Assembly (NCBI GenBank): GCA_946965045.2
Contig: OX337228.1
Coordinates: forward strand, 3,596,001-3,660,000
DNA from: Epithemia pelagica
Taxonomy: Eukaryota > Protista > Bacillariophyta
Direction of reading: 5' to 3'
DNA length: 64,000 bases
A program made the translations under genes and the position numbers. Shown here piece after piece: positions 53,585 to 64,000 of this stretch (its first letter is position 1; every line of letters begins with the position of its first letter). The notes under the pieces are model-generated. The model was not told the origin of the DNA. It saw only the letters and a list, made by a program, of their open reading frames with translations, and made no database searches.

Positions 53585-55865
53585 TCAACTTTCCCTCCAT
53601 AGCTGAGATGATGTATTGGGTGGAACTGGAAGAACCATCAAATCCCACGCAGCCGCAACGTGAGCCTCGTCAAGGCCCGATGCAGCAACCGCTATTTTCT
53701 CAATTCGCATCATAATTGATAAGCTCTCGACGGACGCGTCACCTTTGTATCGGGAGGAGAAATGATTCAAAACAAGACTTCGAGCCTTGACTTTTTTCGC
53801 GAAAAAGCCAGCAATTTGTGGAGTAGAGTGACCATGAACCATGGCATCGTGGGTGACAGACCTTAGATTCGTGTCGCGGTCAATACCTGCGAGGAAGCAG
53901 TTGGTGGATTCGTGTACAACAACATCAGCATGCTCGGCTAACTTGACAAGAGACCGACTGCTGCATGTGTCTCCACATATAACAACTTTGCGACCTTGTT
54001 TCGGAGGTTCCACTGCCTCTTCTTGTGTGACAACGGACCCGTCTGGAAACGTGAAAGAGCTCCCAGGAGCAAGGTTCTTTATAACAGCCATAGCTTTCAT
54101 TGGGACTTTGAAACCTGCATCACGCAGAGCAGCAACATTACGTAGAACAATAGGTTCAACGAGTTCATTCCTTAGACGACCCGGGCGAGGCTGTTCTTCT
54201 ACCACATATCCCACGCATGGAATACTATGGCTCATGGGGGCCGCGTAAACCTTGACATCGTCTTCATCTTCGACTTCCCACACCGGGGCTCCATCGGACG
54301 ACAATGGATGGTCGAAAATAGGGAGAATGTTTCTACCGCCATCAATCTCACCATATGCCTTTGATGAGTCCAGTTGTATTTGATTTGCTACTGTAATCCA
54401 GCTCTCGTTGTCCTCTCCAGCGAGCCCCTTTCTTTCCCATGCTTTGTTTTTCAGTCCTCTGAAAAAGTACCGTCGCCCACGCGAAGAGAGGTCCCATTCC
54501 GGTGCCATCGGTACACCTATTATCTCGTGTACTCTGTACGGAGGCACTATGCGACTCACTGAGTAGCGGATGGCAACTCTTAGCCACATGCGGAGTCCCT
54601 CTGGGCCATATATCTCCACAGGTGGGCTATCTCGGTCACGGTGCTGTCCCATAAGACAAAGCAAACCGGGTAGACCGAAGGAGTGGTCTTTCTCGGTTAA
54701 TGAAATGGTACAAATTTATCAGAGAAAATGGACGACCAAAGGCAGGCCGAATGTAGTTCTCGAACGTACCTCCATGAGCATGTGTCAAAAAAATCTTTGT
54801 TATCTTGCTCGGCCTCACGGAAGGAGTCTGTTGTATTTGTAACTAAGAGGGTCGCGAAGAAGGTGGAGTTAGAAGAGTACTACATTCCCATCAAGATACC
54901 ACGTACTAGCACAATGGATTGGCATCAGATGAAGAACGCAAGATGAGAAACGTCATGGTGCACTGAGAACAAGTAGCACACTTGGACGGGTGCCAGCATC
55001 TGTTTTTCCTCATTTGCCTCGATATTCAGTGGTGCCTTGACTCTTGACAACGTACCTGCGTACATTCGCCGACATCGAAAATCCAAGTACCACCTTGAAA
55101 TCCATCAACGCTTTCCCACCGGTTTTTGTCCGGGCTCCAAATCGCCGACCTTCGGCGCCAATTGAGTCTCAAGGCCGTACAGGACACGCCACGGGTGGAA
55201 CCAGGGGTACAGCTCGCGGTACCCACAAAGATCAACTCCATATCCGCATTGGTTGTATTCAGCTCCGAGAGCATGGGATGATGGATCTGTCGCATGTCAT
55301 TTGCAGGAGAAGTGTAGTTGGTCACTGGAGCGTCTTTAAGAGGAGGGTATCTGCGAAGGACGTTCTCGAAGGCTGTGGCTTTCTGAGAAGGTGGCTTATT
55401 GCCTTGGCTAGATGATGTCAGTCTGTCATCGTTTAGATCATTTGAGTATAAGCCGTGACTCACGGTGGCATCAGTCGGAGGCATTCCTAATGGAGTTTTA
55501 CGTTCTGGTTCATCAATCGACTGCGTTCTTGGAGACCGATATCCGTTCAATAATCCAGCTGTTGAAGAGCTTTCCAGAAAGTTTATGAGATCCTGCTTCT
55601 TCTTGAGCTTTGACAACACCCCTCTTTGTTTGACAGATCCCTTCACCAACTCGCGTAGTTCCTTTACGGTTAGGGAATCCAATGAAGCTCGAACAGAGGT
55701 CTGTCGGTGTGTTAAACGACCCCCCGGTGCTGGTGGAGCAAAGGCCAACGAAAACGACGAAAGAGCGCAGAGCGTGAGCGCTACAAAGATGCATCTCCCA
55801 GCCAACCCAAAAGAACTGTTGACCCATTGTCGATTCCTTGGTTTCAGGACAAGTGGCTTTCTCAT
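53585..55865 (-). CDS. tRNase Z (short form) with putative plastid-targeting leader; introns 55055-54843 and 54768-54688
   Basis: GTASCTP, IFDVGECTQ, spliced THAHGDH, HSIPCVGY, GDT, HEST, HGHST, LNHFSSRY. Confidence 0.9.
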
Positions 55866-56365
55866 GCTACATCATGGTCCATCATCTATCAGGATTGATG
55901 TGTGGACGAGATCTCGGTCGGCGAATTCTGATTTCTGATGTGTTTGGGTCGGGTAGGACGACAGCAAGACGTCGCCCACCATGGTGCGACCGCAATTTCG
56001 ACGTGTCCCGCGCTTACGCTTTTTTCGCACTCGCCCCCGCCAACGACAACGGGTACCTGGCATGGAAATCTCAGCGTTACCATCAGATATCCTTTCAAAA
56101 TGTTGTTATATTATGTTTACCAGAAGCGATGAGTCGTAGCTCCAAATACTCTCTTAGAGTGTATCCAAATTCCAAATCCCGAGAAGCATAGAAAAAACCA
56201 GAGTGGAAATCCAACTGTCCAGATAGCTATACAAAAATTCAGAGTGGCGCAAAGCTGGGTATTCGCGTTTTCCCAAAATACTTTTAACAAAAACTAGGAG
56301 TAAAAGGCAAGCGCGAAAACAACAGCACTATTGTAGAGCCTTTCGCATAAGTCCAAAGTTACACC

Positions 56366-58328
56366 ATGGACGTTGCAATGACAATGGAAATGCGGTTTGC
56401 CGCTGTGGTAAATGAACTGAACAGCATTTCGTCAACGCAGCTCTACATTCTCATTGTTATTGTCACTTGTCTGATCAGCACAATTCTTCTTGGAAGCGCT
56501 GAGCAACAACAACCAGTATCGGCAGGGGCACTGGAAATGACAGCCAGTGCTGCTGCCAACGAAGCAGCAGTAACCAAGACTAGTCTGCCGAAAGATAAAA
56601 ACAGTCCTCCGGAACCAAGGTGGTATATTTTCCGGATGTTCAACTATGCGATGCTTGTTGCATTTGCGGCCTCCGTTGCTTCCTTTTTCTGGAACTACGC
56701 GTCTTACACCGTTGATTCGGGTGTGTTGCTAAGGTTTCTTGTTGGTTGGTCTGTATGCCTCCTTTATTTTTTGGGATTCTTTGGAGTTTCCTTTGTCCAC
56801 GATGTTGTTGGTGCACCCCAGACCGACTCCCCGATGATTCAGCTCAACGCTGAAGAGATGGCCGCACGAGCAGTGTAAGTGTACCGTGTTCTCTTAGGTG
56901 ATGTTTTCTCCCCAGAAGGCAGAGGCTTATTTATCGGGATTTACTCTTGTTTCTTGTTTCAGGAAACCTCATATTGCGAAGAAGGTTGTGGTAGAGGCAC
57001 CGTCCCCTAAGGATGTTCCAGTGTGCAGTGACCCGTCATCATTCAACCAGACAAAGGCGATACAACCGCCCAGCCAACTTGAGGAGATGAATGACGCGCA
57101 AGTTGCCAGCCTGGTACTTGGCGGTCAAATGAAAGATCACGAGCTTGAAAAACGCTTGGATGCTCACCGTGCCGTTGCGGTTCGCCGTTTGGTGGTGCAA
57201 GAGAAGTTGGCCGCGGTTGGAAATGATGCATTTTCTCTGCAAGATTTGCCATCACAGCCAAGCCTCGACTACTCTCGAGTTCACGGTGCGAACTGTGAGA
57301 TTGTTGTGGGCTATGTGCCGATTCCAGTAGGTCTTGTTGGTCCCCTCCGGGTTAATGACATGTCAGTTTATGTGCCCATGGCAACTACTGAAGGCTGCTT
57401 GGTCGCTAGCACCAATCGAGGTTGCAAGGCCATTTCGGTGCTTGGAGCGAGCGCAATGATCGTCCGCGACGGAATCACACGGGCTCCGTGCGTGCGTTTA
57501 CCATCTGCCATGGAAGCTGCTCGTCTTAAGCTTTGGTGTGAGAACCCTGACAACTTTGCTCTTCTCAAGGCCGCTTTCGAGAAAACAACTTCTTTTGGCA
57601 AGCTCAAATCGTGCAGCCCAACTGTTGCTGGACGTAATGCTTACCTTCGATTGGTGTGTTTTTCTGGTGACGCCATGGGGATGAATATGGTATCCAAAGG
57701 ATCTTTGGCAGTTATTGAGTTGCTTAAGACCCAGTTCCCTCAACTTCAACTGGTTGCGCTTTCTGGTAACATGTGTACGGACAAGAAGGCCGCGGCCACC
57801 AACTGGCTTGAAGGACGAGGAAAGAGCGTAGTGGTGGAAGCAACCATTCCCAAGGAAGTCGTACAAAAGACGTTGAAAACAACCGTGAAAGCCATTGTTG
57901 AGACCAACATCAACAAGAACTTGATTGGCTCCGCCATGGCCGGGACAATTGGTGGTTTCAATGCTCACGCAGCAAATATTGTAACAGCAGTATTCCTTGC
58001 TACTGGACAAGATCCTGCCCAAAATGTTGAGAGTAGCAATTGCATTACTCTTTCGGAAGAAACAGACTCACATGACTTACACATGTCTGTCACCATGCCG
58101 AGTATCGAAGTCGGAACTGTCGGTGGAGGAACCACTCTTCCGGCTCAAGCCGCTTGTCTGCGGGCAATGGGTTGTCAAGGCGGAGATCGGGAGAATCCCG
58201 GTAAGAATGCTCAACGCCTGGCCCTTATCATCGCATCGGCAGTCATGGCTGGTGAACTCTCTCTCATTGCCGCCCTAGCCGCCAACACCCTTGTCCAAGC
58301 ACATATGACACACAACAGGAAAAAATAG
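56366..58328 (+). CDS. HMGR: HMG-CoA reductase (class I); intron 56875-56962
   Basis: GANCEIVVGY, PMATTEGCLVAS, GDAMGMNMVSKG, SGNMCTDKKAAA, EVGTVGGGT; N-terminal TM segments. Confidence 0.96.
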
Positions 58329-58852
58329 AATTATGTGGTCTATTCTTATGCTGTTCTGAACCAGGATTATGTCCCCTTGTGATTAAAATTGTTGTTGAAA
58401 GTACTTCTACCCATTAGTTGGTCGAAATGTGAACCTTCTTTTTTCCAAAGGCTTTGTGGGAGGTAATCTGGCACGGGATCGGGACATCTAGCTAGGGTGC
58501 TCGGCGTTGGTTGTCTCCAGCCCGAGTCAGCAGAAACAACAAGTGCCAAGGTATCATGGCTAATGGCCACAGTCGTAGTACCTAATAGGATTAGGTCATA
58601 TTTCAAGTCATGTCCTCGGTGTGTTGGTTACCACATGTTGTGAAGAGCCGTGTGCCGTGTCCCGCTTCCCCCACACGGCAAAAAAACCTGAACGCATCCG
58701 CGACTGTTTCTGGCTGCGTGGCCGTGGGTTCGCGTTCCTGACCATCCAACAGTCCAACGTCGTCCATCCGAACACAAAGACGGAATCGTCGGCACACAAC
58801 ACGATCTTTCTGAGGGGTACAAATTAGATACCTCTCGAAGCTCGATCCGAAG

Positions 58853-59638
58853 ATGACAACTCGAACAAGCGAAGCTCTGACTGGATTCCTTGTTGGTGCG
58901 GCTTGTAGCCTCTCCGCTGTTTGGATTTTGAACCGAACGAAGAAGTCGAGCAAACCAGCCTACGATGAAGATGATGAAGAACAGAGAATGAGGGTTGAGC
59001 TTAGTGAGGCGTACCGAATCACTCGAGAGTTCAACATGGACGAGCTCGTCTGGAATCACCTGTCGGTACTTCTTTCAGATGGCTCGTTTCTCATCACTCC
59101 TGGTAGTCGGATGTTCGATGATATCGGTCCAGAAGACCTGGTTAAGAGCTCGGGCAATATCACAGCGGACATTATCCATGATGCAGTGTATAAAACAAGG
59201 CCGGATGTAAAGGCAATTGTTCATTTGCACACTCCAGCAACTGTTGCGGTGTCGTGTCTGGAAATGGGATTTGTACCCTTAGCCCAGGAGGCGGCCCCCT
59301 TTGTTGGTCGCGTATCTCGTCATCCCTGGCATGGTGTGAGCAATGATGTTGAAGAGCAAGAAATTATTGGAAAGGCCGTGAAGGACCCAAATGTGAACAC
59401 ATTGCTCATGGAAAACCACGGATTCTGCACCTTTGGAAGAACTCTTGGAGAAGCCTGGGTATTGGCATATTACTTCGACAAGTCTTGTCAGACGCAGCTC
59501 AATTGTCTCCAGACAGGACAGAAAATCAACTATCCTAGCGAGACGGTGTTGTCGCACGCTGCCGAACAGTCTATTTTGCCCGATTTCCTACCTGGTAACT
59601 GCGAATGGGATGCCCTTCGACACATGTTGAGTCGGTAA
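58853..59638 (+). CDS. Class II aldolase/adducin-family metalloprotein (candidate DsyD-like decarboxylase)
   Basis: WNHLS, FLITPG, HDAVYKTRPDVKAIVHLHTP, LMENHGFCTFG; N-terminal hydrophobic helix. Confidence 0.88.
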   Translation: MTTRTSEALTGFLVGAACSLSAVWILNRTKKSSKPAYDEDDEEQRMRVELSEAYRITREFNMDELVWNHLSVLLSDGSFLITPGSRMFDDIGPEDLVKSSGNITADIIHDAVYKTRPDVKAIVHLHTPATVAVSCLEMGFVPLAQEAAPFVGRVSRHPWHGVSNDVEEQEIIGKAVKDPNVNTLLMENHGFCTFGRTLGEAWVLAYYFDKSCQTQLNCLQTGQKINYPSETVLSHAAEQSILPDFLPGNCEWDALRHMLSR

Positions 59639-59836
59639 AAAGTAGCAGAAAGTGAAATCACAGGAGCAGAAATGAAACATAAAATTCTAAACCATGAAAG
59701 CGGTAGAAAGATGAGCTAAAAGCAATTCAGGTTTAACAATTCATACATCCTTATTATGTAGAGCGTAATGCAACGCAAAGTCGAAGTAGATTCAACCTAG
59801 AAGAACGGCATCTCATCGGGCCGTAAAGATAGGAAC

Positions 59837-60819
59837 CTAATAAACACTACCATCCATGCGAGCAGTGAAGATTCCCCAAGCGAAGACTTTGTATTCCCTC
59901 TGGATTGTCACACGACTGGTCAGGGACGACATCCATTTGGCGAGGTACTCTTCGGAGCATCCCTCTGACATCATGGCATCACGGTGCTTATTGATTTGGT
60001 CAACCATAGCCTGAAAGTAGCATACAAGATGGGGACTGAAGTCGAGAAAAGACGCCTGCAAGAATCCTGCGTCCTTGAGCTCTGACAGATATTCTGTTGG
60101 GCGCGCCATTTTCGTCGTCGCATTCCTGTCCGTGAAGTCTTTCAAGACCTTCTCGTCGGCGCCTTCGGCACCCATAATGTCCGTGAAAACCAAAGCTCCA
60201 CCAGGCTTGAGTACACGAGCCAGTTCTTTCAGGATAGCGGGTTTGCTGGCGGCATGGCAAAGAACCTCGCACGAAATGACGTGAGTGAACATGTCGGTCC
60301 AGTCCTCTGGCAAACCGTCGTTGAAGTTCAAAAGCTTAACATCCACCAATTCTCCGACACCCAGCTTCGCTGCTTCCTCCAGGTTCATTCTGTTCTGTTC
60401 GGGGGAAATGTTCGCCCCCAAGACTTTGCATCCAAATCGTTTCGCGATTTCGTGCGAGATGCCGCCATGACCAGATCCCAAATCAAGTACGTAGCTATCT
60501 TTTGTCACAGGGAATGTCCAGTCCATAGAAGTTAACAGCCTTTCATTCGTAGCCTTAGAAGCTTCGTAGACTGTATCGCTCTCTTTTCGGAAGCAACCAT
60601 AATGAATGTCGAAGCCTCCACCACCCATGACGTACTTGTAGAAAACACGGGCATGTTCCTCGTCATCTACGCAAAAGAATGATACTCAGTTCAGTGCATT
60701 CAGACTACCGCTATTCCAACGACCAACTTTTACTTACATTGCTCCACGACTTTATCAGCAACCTCCGTCTCGGCGAACTGCTTGTCCTTGAAATCTCCTT
60801 TATCAGCTGTCGACGGCAT
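59837..60819 (-). CDS. SAM-dependent methyltransferase, SDMT/DsyG/DSYE-like (303 aa; intron 60737-60667)
   Basis: Spliced N-terminus VVEQYDEEHARVFYKYVMGGGGFDIHYG, VLDLGSGHGG, ISCEVLCH, VLKPGGALVFTD. Confidence 0.85.
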
Positions 60820-61145
60820 GTTGTTTGTTTTGTTTTCTTTGTCTTGTGAGGAATTGGGAACGAAAGGCGAAATGTGGAGGCATACGTGTGTGTGCAACAC
60901 AACACTCGATGTGGATGCGTGGTGCCCGTGCACAGCTTGTGGTTCCGAACGGACGTCTGTCCGCAGCACTGCGATGCTGGTTTACGAATCGCGCCTCGCG
61001 AAGTTTCTACCGCGACCGAATTAAAGATTATCCTCATCTCTAAGCTTTATTCTACTCGTATCATCTTCACAATAAATGTGTCTTTTGTGAGAGTAGAAAA
61101 AGTACTTCTACTCCTCTCTAGGAGTGAAAGTAAAACGACAGCACC

Positions 61146-64000
61146 ATGAGCTCCTCAAACAACAGCATCGGTCACGACGATTCCCTGTCAGCACCCATAC
61201 CACGTAAAAAGCGTTCTTCTCATGGATCGTCTTCAGCAGTGAATATTGGGGCGACGTCGGACAGTATGGACATGCCCATTCCACGCAAGTCGTCCGCCAC
61301 CACCAAGCGGCCGTTTGCCAATCAAAGAGAAGGTCCTCAGCCTCAGACAGGCACGCGAAGGAGGGAATCAAAGCCTCTATCTTCAAAAGGATCTCGCCAT
61401 TCCTCGCGGGAAGAAAGCTTGACCGAATCGTCCCTTGTCTCCATCGTTTCTGAGTCTCCACTTGTGGTACGAATTAAAGCGGCCGTGGATATCTTTCCTA
61501 AACAACGAAGCACACAGCGCCAACATACCAAACGAATTCGACCCATGTATCAAGAAATGGATTTGACAGATTCTGATGATTTCCTTACAGACGACGATGC
61601 ACCCCCGAAGAAGAAAGGTCGGCTTCTTCCCTTTAGTGCCATGCAAGGTTCAAAATCCTCAAAGTCTGCAAAGGAACCTATGGAAACTGGAGTTCATGCA
61701 GAACTACCAGTTCAATCTGACGGAATGACGCCTCCAGAGGGTACGCTGTCTACACTTTGGTACAGTCGCGAGATATTCGCTCAGGTCTTTGTTCTTGAGA
61801 AGGTCTTGGGGTACAAAACTCGTCCCCTCATAACTTTGAAAGCAAGTTCCCCCGCAGAAGAAGCGGGTGCGAGTTCTACGGCGGATATGGATTTTACCCT
61901 TGACGCGATTGCTGCTTCTCATCTACAGCAAGCCATACTTCAGGATGAGTCTATTTGGTCGGACAACCACGTTCGTGTGGAAATTTCGCGCCTTGTCCCC
62001 AATCACTGTCCAGCAATTCTACTTGCGGCATCGCTAAGAGAGGCCGCCGCTGCAAAACGTGAAGGAAGGCAGCCAAAGTTCACACTTTGTGTCTCTCAAG
62101 GACAAGAAGAGGAAGTTCTGCTTGTAAAATGGAGGGGGCGGAGTTACATGCATTGCTCGTGGGAAAGAGCAAGCGACATTCAGCGCTTGGACACTTCGAA
62201 CAATAGTACGGCGCGCAATAAGATCAGAAGGTACTATCAGGCACAAGAGACCGCTCTCGGGCCTAAGTGGAAGACAATGATACAGGCTCAAATTAGGCAA
62301 GATGCGAATTCCGAGAGTGCAGAGGGAGAAGAGTACTTCCTTTTGCAATTTCTTGAAATAGAACGGATTCACGCATGCGACGAGACAGAAATGAATTTAG
62401 ACGTGTTGGCAAAACAAAGGGGTCGGAATCTTTTGCGCGAGCAACAATCGTTGCAACGACGCGACGAGGCACAACAGGGAACAACCAACCCTAGCCACGA
62501 AAACGCAATTGATCCTGCCCACACTCAATCCTTGAATCGGAATCCCGCAATCCCGGCCGTCTACGAATCTTTCAAGAAACTTCTTCTGGATCAAGGCAGC
62601 ATTTTAGATGCCGTTTCACTTGGTCCTGACGATATTCCATGGGATCCAGAAGACAATGTGAGATATGTGGTTAAATGGAAGGGCCTACCATATGCCGAAA
62701 TAACATGGGAATATTGGCGTGATATCAAACTCGATGCAGTCAACTTAGCGGAGGATTTCTGGTACCGTCAAAAAGCTCCAATAAACTTCCAAAACAAGCA
62801 ACACCCTCATGTTCGTGATTTTAAGAAACTTCAGGAATCGCCAACCTTTGGGTTATCAGATCGAAGTAGACCCTCAATTGGCTTCGACGAGGCTGAAAAA
62901 GATGAAGATGCGTTCAAAGGTTTCAAGTTGAGGGCTTATCAGCTTGAAGGCGTAAACTGGCTCCTATTCAACTGGTGGAATAAGAGGTCATGTATACTGG
63001 CGGTACGTAACCCGACTTTGTTTTCTTTTTACTTCTTTCTTGTCTCACGACGTTTTTCAAATTAAGGACGAGATGGGGTTAGGAAAAACTATACAGTCGA
63101 CAGCCTTTCTACGTGAACTCCAGACCAACACGAACACGAGCATCCGTGCTCCTTTCCTTATCGTGGCACCGCTCTCCCTAGCTGGGCAGTGGCAGTCAGA
63201 ATTAGCATCATGGGCGCCGGACATGAATGTTGTCCTGTACCATGGCTCAGCAGATGCTCGAGATTTTTTGGTTCAGAATGAATTTTATTTCCAAGAGCCA
63301 TTCGTTAACAAAAGCACAGCATCCAAATTGAAAAAACAACATGCAACCAAATTCAATGTGCTGATTACAACTTATGAAGTTGTTCTCAAAGACAGCTCCG
63401 TCCTTTCAAAAATAAAGTGGAGAGTGCTTATTGTGGACGAAGCTCATCGTTTAAAGAATCATAAATCTCGTCTCTTTGACGAGCTTGCGGCAGTACCTCG
63501 TGACCATTGTGTCCTCCTCACCGGAACTCCGATTGCAAATGCAACTGAAGAGTTGTGGGCACTTCTTCACTTTGCCAACCCCAATGTATTTTCAACTCGA
63601 GATGAATTCTTGTCAAAATTTGGTGAAATGACAGATGCTGATCAGGTCAACGAACTCCATGCCCTTCTTCGTCCGTATCTTCTTCGACGCGTTAAAGAGG
63701 ACGTCGAAAAATCATTGCCCCCCAAGGAAGAGACAATTCTTGAGGTCTCGCTTACACCGATCCAGAAGACATTTTACAAGGCCATATACGAGAGGAATAC
63801 ATCGTTTCTGTTCAAAGGGGCTAAAGTGAGCAACACACCAAGTTTGGCGAACGTCGCGATGGAGATTCGGAAATGTTGCAACCATCCTTTTCTTGTGCAA
63901 GGAGCCGAAGACAAGATTCTCTCGGATGCAGCAGCCAAACTTAAAGAGAAAGAAGGCACAGGGGGATCGGTGGATTATCTAAAATTGTTCGGTGAGCATC
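61146..64000 (+). CDS. CHD-family chromodomain SNF2 helicase (3' truncated by window edge); intron 63003-63066
   Basis: Two chromodomains (LVKWRGRSYMHCSW; YVVKWKGLPYAEITWE), spliced ILADEMGLGKT, LIVDEAHRLKNH, LLTGTPIAN. Confidence 0.93.

Noticed and set aside
56366-60819. HMGR as part of a cluster with the aldolase and methyltransferase (sterol pathway)
   Set aside because: The MT lacks sterol C24-MT signatures such as YEYGWG, and there is no pathway link; adjacency to HMGR is likely incidental.
1-64000. Genome-wide UGA-to-Trp reassignment
   Set aside because: TGA ends the HMG-box, AP2, zinc-finger and RNase Z genes normally.

Overview
Eukaryotic genomic DNA with short GT-AG introns, very likely from a (pennate) diatom; the taxon is inferred from gene families and style. 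The first ~17 kb is rich in mobile elements. It holds the right end of one tyrosine-recombinase (YR) retrotransposon, a 1.4-kb non-autonomous element with 85-bp TIRs, an HMG-box gene, and a complete 9-kb split-direct-repeat (PAT/Ngaro-like) YR retrotransposon nested inside a TTAA-flanked MITE. The rest is ordinary gene-dense sequence: bZIP, NCoR-like SANT, GCN1, PPPDE, LAMTOR4-like, DRG2, a PAO-like Rieske oxygenase with an in-frame TGA, an AP2 fusion protein, WRKY19-like zinc fingers, LRR, tRNA-Trp, pelota, RNase Z, HMGR and a CHD remodeller. The top candidate for a new system is the convergent pair at 58.9-60.8 kb: a DsyG/DSYE/SDMT-family SAM methyltransferase next to a class II aldolase-fold protein. 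These are the two domains that are fused in the bacterial DMSP-synthesis enzyme DsyGD, so the aldolase may be a eukaryotic DMSHB decarboxylase. The second candidate is a degenerate C5-cytosine-methyltransferase-like domain at the N-terminus of the retrotransposon pol ORF. All domain calls are from motif recognition by eye; no searches were run.
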